Shown: positions 34,603 through 45,513, numbered from the stretch's first letter. The stretch is DNA of 64,000 bases from an uncultured Chloroflexia bacterium (GCA_963792705.1 CAWBXD010000010.1:2224-66223); one strand, 5' to 3'. Notes: a model not told the origin generated them from the letters alone. Program-made: numbers and translations.

Positions 34603-34711
34603 ATAGGGACCGATTGATCGCGTTCAGGTGGAGAGGGGCACACGTTCCCGTAGAGAAGCGTTGCCGACATGTTGCCCCTCCCCGCCCCGGACGCGATCAA
34701 TCGGTCCCTAC
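34603..34711. repeat. palindromic MITE/REP-like element (GTAGGGACC family, CGCG subtype)
   Basis: Left arm atagggaccgattgatcgcgttc pairs with right arm ggacgcgatcaatcggtccctac at 21 of 23 positions. An inner stem gaggggca / tgcccctc is also present. Confidence 0.85.
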
Positions 34712-34889
34712 CAATATTCCTTCGCTTCTTCCAAAAAAATCCTACTATTGAAAGCATCCCATTGCGTCTCCCTATGTTTCCCTAGAAGGATGTAGACCCT
34801 ATCTTTTCCAAGATGAAATTATTTACGACGATGAGATTGTTATCTATGGTAAAGAGGGTAACGCGTTGTTTCATCAAAGGAAATACCAC

Positions 34890-35942
34890 ATGACCATTCC
34901 ACTTTCCGTCCTTGACTTATCGCCCGTCGATACCGGACTCAGTAGCAGGGAAGCACTACAGAACACACTTCACTTAGCACAACTCGCTGACCGACTTGGC
35001 TACACACGCTATTGGGTAGCCGAACATCACAATTCACGTATGACAGCAAGCTCTACACCAGAGCTTTTGATTAGCTATATCGCACAAGCAACTGAACATA
35101 TCCGTGTTGGTTCAGGTGGCATGATGCTACCCAACCACTCTGCCTTGAAAGTTGCTGAGACGTTCCGCTTGCTAGAAGCGATGCATCCAGGCAGGATTGA
35201 CTTAGGCATCGGACGCGCACCAGGAACTGATCCTAAAACAGCACTGGCATTGCGTCGGTCGAGAGAGGCACTTGGGTCTGATGACTTTTTGGGACAGTTG
35301 ATGGAGATGTTTGCATTTGCCGGGGAGCGCGGAGGATTTCCAAGTATGCATCCGTATAGATCGGTGCAGGCTATACCAGGTGATGTAGCGTTGCCACCTG
35401 TTTGGTTGTTAGGCTCAAGCGATTATAGCGCACAGGCTTCCGCCGCGTTGGGACTCGGTTTCGCGTTCGCGCATCATATCAATCCATCGCTAGCTGTACC
35501 TGCAATAGACCTATATCGGACGACATTTACCCCATCCGAACGTTTGCAGGAACCAAAGGTTATTCTTACGACCTCGGTTGTGTGTGCTGATACCGACGAA
35601 CGCGCCGAGGAGCTTGCAACCTCAATGGGACTCGCATGGGTACGGCTCGTCAGTGGTCGGTCAGGTCCTCTACCAAGTCCTGAAGAGGCCAAAGCTCACC
35701 AATATACCTTAGCAGAGCAAGCGATTGTGCGTGAGTATCGTACAAAGCAAACGGTTGGTACTCCAGCAAAAGTACGAGAGCATCTTCTTGAGCTACAAGA
35801 GCAGACAGGGGCAGATGAATTGATGCTCACCGCGATGATGTATGGTTATGAAAATCGTGCCAGGACATATGAATTACTGGCCGAAGCATTTTCATTGTCA
35901 GGCGTTGCATCCGAGCATACCGAATTGACACCCGCACATTAA
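34890..35942 (+). CDS. LLM-class (luciferase-like) flavin-dependent oxidoreductase
   Basis: MTIPLSVLDLSPV...LGYTRYWVAEHHN...GSGGMMLPNHSALKVAE is typical of the YhbW-like LLM subgroup. Confidence 0.85.
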   Translation: MTIPLSVLDLSPVDTGLSSREALQNTLHLAQLADRLGYTRYWVAEHHNSRMTASSTPELLISYIAQATEHIRVGSGGMMLPNHSALKVAETFRLLEAMHPGRIDLGIGRAPGTDPKTALALRRSREALGSDDFLGQLMEMFAFAGERGGFPSMHPYRSVQAIPGDVALPPVWLLGSSDYSAQASAALGLGFAFAHHINPSLAVPAIDLYRTTFTPSERLQEPKVILTTSVVCADTDERAEELATSMGLAWVRLVSGRSGPLPSPEEAKAHQYTLAEQAIVREYRTKQTVGTPAKVREHLLELQEQTGADELMLTAMMYGYENRARTYELLAEAFSLSGVASEHTELTPAH

Positions 35943-35954
35943 ACGGAGAAGAGT

Positions 35955-36494
35955 ATGCATATTCTAGCCATTTCTGGAAGCTTACGCGCGAGTTCGACTA
36001 ATACAACTCTTGTTCGTGCGGCAATAAAGTTAGCACCTGAAGGCATGCAGTTTACTCTGTATGATGGCTTAGGAGAACTGCCGCATTTTAGTCCCGACAT
36101 TGATGGCAGTGATGTTCCTACATCAATTACAACACTACGTAGCCAGCTACAAGCTGCTGACGGTGTACTCATCTGTACGCCAGAGTACGCCTATGGAGTA
36201 CCAGGTTCATTAAAGAATGCACTCGATTGGACGGTCTCATCGGGTGAGTTTGTGGGCAAGCCCGTTGTGGTCATCAGTGCCTCACCATCCTCTTTGGGTG
36301 GTGACAAAGCTCATGCATCACTATTGCTAACACTAACGGCATTGTCGGCGGAAATCGTCGAAGGGGGAACGCTCATCATTCCGCTCATTCGCACGAAACT
36401 CAGTGCTGATGGCAGTGTGTCAGACCCGGCAACAGCACAAGCACTTCGCTCAGTTCTTGATGCACTTCAAAAAGCTATAAGTGCGAAGGTGTAA
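35955..36494 (+). CDS. NADPH-dependent FMN reductase
   Basis: MHILAISGSLRASSTNTTLVRAA and ADGVLICTPEYAYGVPGSLKNALDW match the family motifs. Confidence 0.85.
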   Translation: MHILAISGSLRASSTNTTLVRAAIKLAPEGMQFTLYDGLGELPHFSPDIDGSDVPTSITTLRSQLQAADGVLICTPEYAYGVPGSLKNALDWTVSSGEFVGKPVVVISASPSSLGGDKAHASLLLTLTALSAEIVEGGTLIIPLIRTKLSADGSVSDPATAQALRSVLDALQKAISAKV

Positions 36495-36535
36495 AATGTG
36501 TGTAGTAGTTCACCAATTTTGATGTGATGGTTTTC

Positions 36536-36657
36536 GTAGGGACCCGATTGATGGCGTCCTCCGCCCAATTCATTGGACGAGATCCTCTCCATCACGCGTG
36601 CCACTAAGGAACTCGCGCAATGAATTGCGCTTCGGACGCCATCAATCGGGTCCCTAC
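36536..36657. repeat. palindromic MITE/REP-like element (GTAGGGACC family, GGCG subtype)
   Basis: Perfect 24-bp terminal inverted repeats gtagggacccgattgatggcgtcc / ggacgccatcaatcgggtccctac. The inner arms (cgcccaattcattgg / gcgcaatgaattgcgc) also pair. The right half is about 90 percent identical to the copy at 43178..43298. Confidence 0.9.
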
Positions 36658-36697
36658 GACATCCCTCACTTGAAGATTGGCAGACTAGTAGGGATCA

Positions 36698-36719
36698 GGG
36701 AGACCGCGAAGGTCTCCCC
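36698..36719. repeat. short hairpin GGGAGACC-gcgaa-GGTCTCCC(C); an inverted copy recurs at 38427..38449
   Basis: gggagaccgcgaaggtctcccc compared with the reverse complement of 38427..38449, ggggagaccgcaaaggtctcccc: one mismatch in the loop. Confidence 0.75.
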
Positions 36720-36757
36720 GACTACTTGCAGTATACGCAAAAGGAGGCTTCACAGTT

Positions 36758-37540
36758 ATGCAAACGAGTCCGACATCGTATGCAGATATTAATGCATTGT
36801 TAGCACAGCTTTTGTCAGGAATGCAAAGGTCTCTCGGTCCAAAGCTAGTTGGCTTATATCTTTATGGTTCTCTTGTGACTGGAGATTTTGATAGTGAAAC
36901 AAGTGATATCGACTTACTAGCAGCTCTATCATCTGATCTTAATGACGAGGAATTCGCTGCTTTGGACCAGATGCAGATAGATTTTGTGCATCAACATATG
37001 ACGTGGGATGGGCGAATTGAAGTAGCGTATCTTTCTATAACTGCTTTGAAGACATACAAATTGCATACCAGTAAGATTGCAGTCATTAGTCCTGGCGAAC
37101 CATTTCACATAAAAGACGCAGGAGACGACTGGTTAATAAACTGGCATACGGTGCGTGAAAAAGGCATCGCACTCTTTGGACCTTCCCCAAAAACACTTAT
37201 TGATCCTATTTCACAGTTAGAGTATAAGCATGCAGTGAAAGAGCATGTGCAAACGTGGCACGAGTGGGTTAAGCAAACACATCATACACGAGGACCACAA
37301 GCATATGCAATCTTGACTATGTGTAGAGCACTCTACACTCTAAAGACGGGTGAACTTGTGTCGAAGAAGCAAGCAGCGTTGTGGGCTATGAAAGAAATGC
37401 CTGAATGGTCTGACTTGATTCAGAATGCGCTTATATGGCGTATAAAGTGGCGCGAGAAGCATATAGATCATGATGCAAAGTTGTCAGAAACGGTACAATT
37501 TGTGAACTTTGTGATTGAGCAGAGTGAGCGATCCTTTTAA
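36758..37540 (+). CDS. nucleotidyltransferase, AadA/ANT(3'')-like (NTase domain plus DUF4111-like C-terminus)
   Basis: LVGLYLYGSLVTGDFDSETSDIDLLAAL is the pol-beta NTase G-S-x(n)-D-x-D motif. Length and the C-terminal helical region resemble aminoglycoside adenylyltransferases. SD AAAGGAGG precedes the start. Confidence 0.65.
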   Translation: MQTSPTSYADINALLAQLLSGMQRSLGPKLVGLYLYGSLVTGDFDSETSDIDLLAALSSDLNDEEFAALDQMQIDFVHQHMTWDGRIEVAYLSITALKTYKLHTSKIAVISPGEPFHIKDAGDDWLINWHTVREKGIALFGPSPKTLIDPISQLEYKHAVKEHVQTWHEWVKQTHHTRGPQAYAILTMCRALYTLKTGELVSKKQAALWAMKEMPEWSDLIQNALIWRIKWREKHIDHDAKLSETVQFVNFVIEQSERSF

Positions 37541-37681
37541 CACAGATAGCTAACCTGTCTGAATACATTTTACATCATCACCAAGAATGGGGTATAATTA
37601 TGGGACAGTAAATACGTTCTGGGAAACGTTAAGCAGAGAAGAGAGTAGGCTTACCACCTGCTTGTGGAGGGACGATACATC

Positions 37682-38404
37682 ATGACCTACTCACATCGGA
37701 ATATGGCTGCCGAGCAAAAAGAGGCCGAACAAAAGGCAAAACAGATCACAGCCATGTGCGAAGCACTCTCCTTTACGGTTGATCCTATTGCTTGGGAACA
37801 AGAGGGCTTGCGAGCAATTGTGAGTGTACATATGGTCCCGATATCTGATCTGCTGGACCTTGGTAGACAAGATAGCGACTCGCTATTGCGTCATATCCGT
37901 ATGAAACTACTTGAACAGGCAGCACGTGAAGTATCTCATGTTCAACCAACGCGCGCATTAATGTGGATACCACTAGACGTGGTGCAACCACAGGAGTTTT
38001 TAAGCCTCTGGGTTCTTACGATGGAGACAACAAATGAACGCGTAGCCATTGCTGAGTATATTAGAGATGGACAGCGTGTTTACGAACACTACGTCTATAA
38101 TCGGAACGATAAACAACAGCTTGCTACGCTCTTTGGTCCAATACAAAAGGGTGAATATCGCCAAGGCGATATGGTTACGATTGAGGAACGAGAACAAAAA
38201 TATACGGGAGAGATTGTGTATATTCTGCCTCCTGGCAAAGTATCGACGACCCGTACACATCCATCAAGGGGCCATCACACGATCTTAGGAAAAACGTTCA
38301 CAAATGACGTTTCCGCTCGCTATGTTGTTGCATGCGATGATGGCTTTCCTCATATCGTCAATCAATCACAGGTCGTGGTTGAAGCATTTGAAGCAGAGGA
38401 ATAA
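37682..38404 (+). CDS. hypothetical protein
   Basis: 240-aa ORF with no motif I recognise. GGAGGGA lies 8 nt before ATG 37682. Confidence 0.55.
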   Translation: MTYSHRNMAAEQKEAEQKAKQITAMCEALSFTVDPIAWEQEGLRAIVSVHMVPISDLLDLGRQDSDSLLRHIRMKLLEQAAREVSHVQPTRALMWIPLDVVQPQEFLSLWVLTMETTNERVAIAEYIRDGQRVYEHYVYNRNDKQQLATLFGPIQKGEYRQGDMVTIEEREQKYTGEIVYILPPGKVSTTRTHPSRGHHTILGKTFTNDVSARYVVACDDGFPHIVNQSQVVVEAFEAEE

Positions 38405-38413
38405 CGTTCTCTT

Positions 38414-38462
38414 AAACAACAAATACGGGGAGACCTTTGCGGTCTCCCCGTATTTGTTGTTT
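38414..38462. terminator. bidirectional terminator hairpin containing the GGGGAGACC/GGTCTCCCC core
   Basis: aaacaacaaatacggggagacc-tttgc-ggtctccccgtatttgttgttt forms a 22-bp perfect stem between convergent genes. Confidence 0.8.
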
Positions 38463-38493
38463 AGAATTTTATGATGTAGGAAAATCTGATTAT

Positions 38494-39747
38494 TCAGGCA
38501 AGTTCTATATGCTGTCGTAGGTATACAATTGCCACTCCTAAGGTAAGGAGTAGGCAAAGACCACCGCTCAGTGCTAGTGTCATCTGAGCACCGATATTTT
38601 GAGCAACCCAGCCGACGAGGAGATTGCCAAAGGGGGCCAAGCCAAAGGTAATCAGGATGCGGATACTCAAGATGCGTCCACGCATCCCTTCTGGCGTCAT
38701 CAATTGAATTGCAGTGTTGGTCACAACAAGCGGTAACACCGAACATACACCTAGTACAGCCAAGGCTGGAAGTGCTAGCCAGATGTTATAGGCGAAGGCG
38801 AGCGCAACGCAAGCACTACCTCCAATCAGGCAAAGCAAAATCATGAGACGCAGGGTGCGCTGCATCTTTTGACTCATTAGCAAGAAGAGTATGGCTCCAC
38901 TGAGCGCACCAACTCCAGCTACCGCGTTTAATAGACCCAATCCTTGCGCTCCAACACGAAAAATGCTTGCAGCGAAGATGGGCAATAACGTCGCAAATGG
39001 AAACACAAGAAACGCAAGCAAAAACTGTAGCAACAAGGCTAATTGAAGTGCAAGATGCTGGCGTACATACTGGAGACCCTCACCAAGACCTTGTAAAATG
39101 CTTTGCCGCTTCACACTGTGCCGTGTGTGGTCGGCATGAATTAGTGCTAATGAGAGCAATACAGCAACATAACTAACACCATTCAGGTAATACGATCCAG
39201 CGATCCCCACAAGCCCGACGGAGATGCCGCCGAGCGCAGGACCAACTGCGCGAGAAAGATTAAATTGCATAAAATCTAAGGCTACCCCTTGCCTCAATTC
39301 CTTTGGTGAAACCAGATCGGTTACAAAGGTTTGCCATGCGGGTAAGCCAAGTGCGCTCACAATTCCATTAATAAGTGCGGCAGTAACAATTTCCCAGACA
39401 GTGATTATGTGTAAAGTGGTTAAGGTGCCTAACAGTAAGGCAGTTGTCATATAGATAGCTTGTGTATAGAATAAGACATGCCGACGGTCCCAGCGATCAA
39501 CAAGGACACCGCCGAAGAGTGAAAACACGAGATTTGGAATGGTTGCGGCGAGGGTAACAAGGCCAAGCAGAAGGGCTGAATGGGTCAGTTGCAAGACTTG
39601 CCAGCCTTGCCCTACGGTCTGAATCCAAAACCCGATACTTGAGAGAAACGCGCCAAACCAGAAGATGCCAAAGTTTTTTTCTGCAAGTGGATGCAGGGTA
39701 GAAGCCAATGTACGTGAACGTTCTTTTAGAGAAATCGAAAAAGCCAT
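38494..39747 (-). CDS. MFS transporter (EntS/DUF894-like)
   Basis: 12 predicted TM segments and VLVDRWDRRHVL, a motif A-like loop. Start taken at ATG 39747 (MAFSISLKE). Confidence 0.8.
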   Translation of the reverse strand: MAFSISLKERSRTLASTLHPLAEKNFGIFWFGAFLSSIGFWIQTVGQGWQVLQLTHSALLLGLVTLAATIPNLVFSLFGGVLVDRWDRRHVLFYTQAIYMTTALLLGTLTTLHIITVWEIVTAALINGIVSALGLPAWQTFVTDLVSPKELRQGVALDFMQFNLSRAVGPALGGISVGLVGIAGSYYLNGVSYVAVLLSLALIHADHTRHSVKRQSILQGLGEGLQYVRQHLALQLALLLQFLLAFLVFPFATLLPIFAASIFRVGAQGLGLLNAVAGVGALSGAILFLLMSQKMQRTLRLMILLCLIGGSACVALAFAYNIWLALPALAVLGVCSVLPLVVTNTAIQLMTPEGMRGRILSIRILITFGLAPFGNLLVGWVAQNIGAQMTLALSGGLCLLLTLGVAIVYLRQHIELA

Positions 39748-40092
39748 GCGAAAGTAGTCCTTGCTAGATTTAAGCCATATCAAGGAAAAGCAACACAGAA
39801 GGGATTTGTTCATTCAGCAGTGGATGAAGAAAATCGGAGATATGGACCCAAAAGAAGAGGGGCAAAAGACATCCTTGTCTCTGCCCTCAACACAATAACA
39901 GGTATTCCATGTGTCCTACATGGTTGTATACCTTCTCCCTTTAGGCTATGACATTAAGAAGGTAAAGTGCAATAGATAACTTAGCCATAAATTATGTGTG
40001 TCTTGTGTACAAATCTGCTATATTTGGTTTGAGAACACTATGATAGAAGAGATAAGCTTTTTGAAGAGTAGGACGAGAAAGAGGACATTTGA

Positions 40093-40347
40093 ATGAACAG
40101 CAACGAGCGAGAATTGGTTCAAACCAAAGGAACAATTGAGCGAACAGGAATAACAACATATATGTATGGAGAGTATAAATTAGTTGAGTCAGCAAAGAAT
40201 ATTGTATATGCGCTACGTAGTAGCACGCTTGACCTTAGCAAATACGTCGGTCAACATGTAGAAGTCACTGGCACAAAAATTTCTGGCTATCCTCTTGATG
40301 GAGGGCCAGTTTATCTTGATATTGAGACGGTGGTGGTAGAGAAGTAA
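40093..40347 (+). CDS. small hypothetical protein
   Basis: 84-aa ORF with a good SD (AGAAAGAGGA), beta-rich, no family recognised. Confidence 0.5.
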   Translation: MNSNERELVQTKGTIERTGITTYMYGEYKLVESAKNIVYALRSSTLDLSKYVGQHVEVTGTKISGYPLDGGPVYLDIETVVVEK

Positions 40348-40382
40348 ATAGAAAATCAACATGGATTGATGTGATACGATAG

Positions 40383-41726
<1,344 letters not shown>

Positions 41727-41780
41727 ACACACGCAAGAAACTTGTCATTTATAACTGTCGGGATCAAATATGGTTTAATG

Positions 41781-41819
41781 ATTGTAGCAACACTTCGACA
41801 TCTCGCGTGTTGCTACAAT
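41781..41819. terminator. terminator hairpin between convergent genes
   Basis: attgtagcaacac-ttcgacatctcgc-gtgttgctacaat, a 13-bp stem. Confidence 0.6.
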
Positions 41820-41839
41820 TATTAACAATTTTGAAAAGG

Positions 41840-42196
41840 TCATTTTTTCTTTTTGTCGTTCTCTCTCGCTCGTGCTTGAACCAGTTTTGTTATGAGTTCA
41901 AGGGGTAATTCTTGATTCAAAGGGAAACGGATCGTTGCATCGGTAGTTTCGTGGCCCTCTAATTCACTTTTGTGCTCCTCTACGATGGGTGTTGGGATAT
42001 AGAGGCCAATGTGTTTTTTCCACTGTCGAAAATAAACGAGCCGACCTTTGTAATCGTAATAAGGCATTCCATAGCTAATACGCTCCTGTGCATCGGGAGC
42101 GGCGGTCTTGATCGTTGCTCGAAGCTCTCGAAGTTTCTCCTGTATTTCTTTTGGTGCTTGTGCAATATATTCATCCACGCTTTTTACAGTGCTCAT
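41840..42196 (-). CDS. DUF1801 (YdhG-like) domain protein
   Basis: VDEYIAQAPKEIQEKLRELRATIKTAAPDAQERISYGMPYYDYKGRLVYF is the typical DUF1801 pattern. ATG 42196 has AAAGGTGG upstream. Confidence 0.75.
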   Translation of the reverse strand: MSTVKSVDEYIAQAPKEIQEKLRELRATIKTAAPDAQERISYGMPYYDYKGRLVYFRQWKKHIGLYIPTPIVEEHKSELEGHETTDATIRFPLNQELPLELITKLVQARARENDKKKK

Positions 42197-42251
42197 AATA
42201 ACCACCTTTCGCTGAAGCAGAAATTATGTTAAATGACAAAATCGTTTGTTA

Positions 42252-43142
42252 TTACGCAAAGTTCGGGACGACATGGGTTACAAAGTGTTTAATTGTTTCA
42301 TGGTCGAGGAAACGAAAGATGAACTGTGACACGCCGATATCCCGAAAGCGTTGTAGCTCCTGCGTCACCTCTTGAGCATTGCCAGCAATTATGTGCTTGC
42401 TCGGATTGCGCTGCACTTTTGCAGGGTCTTCTGAGACACTTACAGTACCAAGATAGGTCAAGGTAATCTCTGAGGGATTCCGACCAACATCTTTACAGTG
42501 CTGTTTAAGAATAGACAACTTGTGGTCGTACTCCTCAACGGTGCAGGAGTTAAAGTTCCACCAATCGGCATGACGGGCGACCAGCGCGAGTGTGCGATGT
42601 TCACCACCACCGCCAATTAAGAGTGGGATTTGGGGAGATGGTTGGGGGACACAATAAGCATCCCGTATAGCATAGTGTTTCCCTTCAAAGGTCACTGGTT
42701 GTGTGGACTCCCACATGGCACGTATTAGTTGGGCCGCCTCTTCGAGTTGCTCCATTCGTACTTTCGTTGTTGGGAATGGATAGTTGTAGGAACGATATTC
42801 GTTTTCCTTCCAACCAGCACCAAGACCAAGGATAACACGCCCGTTCGATAACGCTTGTAGTGTTGCCATCATCTTTGCGAGTAGCGCGGGATTGCGGTAT
42901 GACTGTGAAAGGACAAGTGTGCCAACCTTGAACTGTGGATAGCTGCCAGCGAGATAGCTAAGCGTGGTAAAACACTCGAAGGTATCGGTCATCTCCCACT
43001 CCAGGTGATCTTCGACCCATAATGAGGTAAAGCCAGATGTGAGCGCGTTGATAGAGGTCTGGTTATGGGCTATCAGGTCTTGCCAGGAACGACCGGAGTC
43101 ATTTTTTTGTCTCAGCATAAAACCAAATTCGACGTGCGCCAT
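42252..43142 (-). CDS. LLM-class F420-dependent oxidoreductase
   Basis: FTSLWVEDHL, LSNGRVILGLGAGW, and PLLIGGGGEHRTLALVARHADWWN match the family pattern. Confidence 0.8.
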   Translation of the reverse strand: MAHVEFGFMLRQKNDSGRSWQDLIAHNQTSINALTSGFTSLWVEDHLEWEMTDTFECFTTLSYLAGSYPQFKVGTLVLSQSYRNPALLAKMMATLQALSNGRVILGLGAGWKENEYRSYNYPFPTTKVRMEQLEEAAQLIRAMWESTQPVTFEGKHYAIRDAYCVPQPSPQIPLLIGGGGEHRTLALVARHADWWNFNSCTVEEYDHKLSILKQHCKDVGRNPSEITLTYLGTVSVSEDPAKVQRNPSKHIIAGNAQEVTQELQRFRDIGVSQFIFRFLDHETIKHFVTHVVPNFA

Positions 43143-43177
43143 GAATATCTGCTCCTATTGACTATGTTATCAATCTC

Positions 43178-43298
43178 GTAGGGATCAATCACATTTATGG
43201 CGTCCAAGCCCAATTTATTGGGCGAGTTCTCTCGCCAGCTTTCTTATATGATCTCGCGCTATGAATTGCGCTTCGGACGCCATAAATGTGGTCCCTAC
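43178..43298. repeat. palindromic MITE/REP-like element (GTAGGGACC family, GGCG subtype)
   Basis: gtagggatcaatcacatttatggcgtcc ... ggacgccataaatgtggtccctac. The interior ctcgcgctatgaattgcgcttcggacgccat is nearly identical to the copy at 36536..36657. Confidence 0.88.
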
Positions 43299-43337
43299 GA
43301 AATTATTTACCGGATGCAGCAGTAAAGGTGCTATGGC

Positions 43338-44216
43338 TTACAGTAAGTTCGATCCTGATGTGATATAACGGCGTGCATCAAAGAAGGGTACATCTGCCGT
43401 AGAAAGGAAGGTTTCAACATACACGATACGAAATCCTTTTGTAAGTAATTCTGCTAGACTTGGATGTGGTCCAGGGACGCTAATCTGTAATACATTGGCA
43501 TGCTTGAGTGCCCAGTTTACTGCTGCAAGAACACATTCCGTTACATCTTCTAATGCATTGACGCCTATTGGCCCAATGGTACACGACTCTGGATACCAGA
43601 GCGTTCCTGCTCCTAAGCGGACATATCCATAACCAACGGTTTGACCCCTGCGATGAAACCAAATTGGTACCGCTTGCTGCTTTGCAATCCAATGTGCGTG
43701 GTCTTGGGGACGCGAACGACCGCTAAGTTGAGCATCCCATTGTACCAACGCAGGGTCAGCAGCATCTGCCATGACAACTTCCACTCCAGGAGTCGAAAAA
43801 TCGGAGTGAACCGATTTTTCTAATTGTAGGAAGAAATGAGGCCACGCTGGATGCATACCAGAGCGAATATAGAGTGCAAGGGCGCGAGGATCAGTCGAAC
43901 TCATGGTGCTGTGAATAAGGCCAGATTGAGGTAAAACATAGGGAAGTAATAGCTTGCCAAGTTGTGTAGATTGCTGGGTTGGATGGACAAATAAGTCCGT
44001 CAGAAAGGTTACTTCCCCTCGCGTGATAGCTCCCGCAAATGCTAGAATAGTATTCTCTCGCTCTGCAACGTACACAGAGCCAGTTTGAAGAGTATGCACT
44101 AAATCAGACATATCACCGTGAGATGGTGGATCCTGTATATCGAGTATTTCGTTTTGATAATACACCTCGTACATCTGTGCAAGGTCCGTCTCTTGTGCTG
44201 GACGAAAAATTGTCAT
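43338..44216 (-). CDS. GNAT-family N-acetyltransferase (two-lobed)
   Basis: MTIFRPAQETDLAQMYEVYYQNE, with acetyl-CoA-loop-like HPTQQSTQLGKLL. The track start at 44276 is TTG and would overlap the upstream gene. Confidence 0.65.
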   Translation of the reverse strand: MTIFRPAQETDLAQMYEVYYQNEILDIQDPPSHGDMSDLVHTLQTGSVYVAERENTILAFAGAITRGEVTFLTDLFVHPTQQSTQLGKLLLPYVLPQSGLIHSTMSSTDPRALALYIRSGMHPAWPHFFLQLEKSVHSDFSTPGVEVVMADAADPALVQWDAQLSGRSRPQDHAHWIAKQQAVPIWFHRRGQTVGYGYVRLGAGTLWYPESCTIGPIGVNALEDVTECVLAAVNWALKHANVLQISVPGPHPSLAELLTKGFRIVYVETFLSTADVPFFDARRYITSGSNLL

Positions 44217-44260
44217 ACTCTCATATCCTATTCTTACAATGGGAGCATTTTCGCTCTTTG

Positions 44261-45265
44261 CTACATCATCGGCCAATCGTGACCAGCAGCTTGATAGATT
44301 GCTTCAATGGTTGCTATATTTTCTAGCGTCTCACTGAGACGGAGCGAGGGTTCTTGTCCAGTCTGGATGCAATTGGCAAAGTGTTCGACCTCAAGCTGAT
44401 ATTGATCGACGCGCTCAAAGTTTTTCTCGGTCAATGCTCCATTTTTAATTGTCAGGATAACCGCTTCGATATTACCAGGGGTGAAGGGAACAGGAATGGT
44501 GATGGTGCCTAATTCGCCAATAATTTCCACCATCTGGCGCGTTGGGAGTTCAAAGCTACAATCTATAACGCCAAAGCGTCCCTCGCCAAAGTCGAGAACG
44601 GCGTTCGTCGCCATATCAACACCAATTGGACTCGTGGTATGGACACGTGCGGCCACAACAAGAGGCGCATGTCCATAGATGGCACGACAAGCATTAATGG
44701 TGTAACATCCTACATCCATTAAAGAACCACCTGCAAGGTCTGGCTTTAGCCTGATGTCATCGGGGTGCGAACGTATATCAAATGAAAACGAGGCGCGTAC
44801 AAGACGTACAGGACCAATACTACCTGCATTCACCTGTTCAATGGCCCATACAATCTGTGGATGGAACCGATACATAAATGCTTCCATCAAAAAGACATTG
44901 TTTGCCTGGGCTGCATCCATCATGATTTTGCCTTCACGGGCCGTCACCGACATTGGTTTTTCACAAAGGACATGTTTGCCCGCTTGCAACGCTTTCATGG
45001 CCCATTCAGCATGTAGACCATTGGGGAGAGGAATATAGATAGCATCAATATCGGGATCGTTTATAATGTTTTCATAGGTGTCATAGATGCGTACATCGGA
45101 AGCAAACGAGTATTGCTCTGTGGCTCGACGTGAGTCACGGCTTGCGACCGCCACCAATCGTCCATTTGAGGAGGCTCTGATAGCAGGTGCAACCGCTTTG
45201 ACGCTAATATTCGCAGCACTAATAATACCCCAGCGAATGGGATTCATAGGTTGACTCGACTGCAT
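44261..45265 (-). CDS. Gfo/Idh/MocA-family oxidoreductase
   Basis: IRWGIISAANISVKAV...DAIYIPLPNGLHAEWAMKALQAGKHVLCEKP. Confidence 0.88.
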   Translation of the reverse strand: MQSSQPMNPIRWGIISAANISVKAVAPAIRASSNGRLVAVASRDSRRATEQYSFASDVRIYDTYENIINDPDIDAIYIPLPNGLHAEWAMKALQAGKHVLCEKPMSVTAREGKIMMDAAQANNVFLMEAFMYRFHPQIVWAIEQVNAGSIGPVRLVRASFSFDIRSHPDDIRLKPDLAGGSLMDVGCYTINACRAIYGHAPLVVAARVHTTSPIGVDMATNAVLDFGEGRFGVIDCSFELPTRQMVEIIGELGTITIPVPFTPGNIEAVILTIKNGALTEKNFERVDQYQLEVEHFANCIQTGQEPSLRLSETLENIATIEAIYQAAGHDWPMM

Positions 45266-45513
45266 ACGTTTTTTCCTTCACTACAATATAGAATAACTCC
45301 ACAAAAATGCACATACATCGGGAATGTTTTGCGTACCTCTATGCTATCACAAAACGTGGGCTATACTATATATCAGCGATGTAGGAGCTTTATTTGTTAC
45401 ACCAAATTTGCGTAAACATCTCCACAAGTGTCATAATCAAAATATGCTAAACATCGGTTGCTTAGCAATGTGATCTTCCTATTTCACTAAGAAAAGAGAT
45501 GCAACGAACAATT

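Noticed and set aside
36698-38449. Interpretation of the hairpin-flanked NTase module as an integron gene cassette.
   Set aside because: The hairpins lack attC features (R/L boxes, a GTTRRRY core, extrahelical bases), and no intI or attI is present. The observation is kept only as a bracketing inverted-repeat finding.
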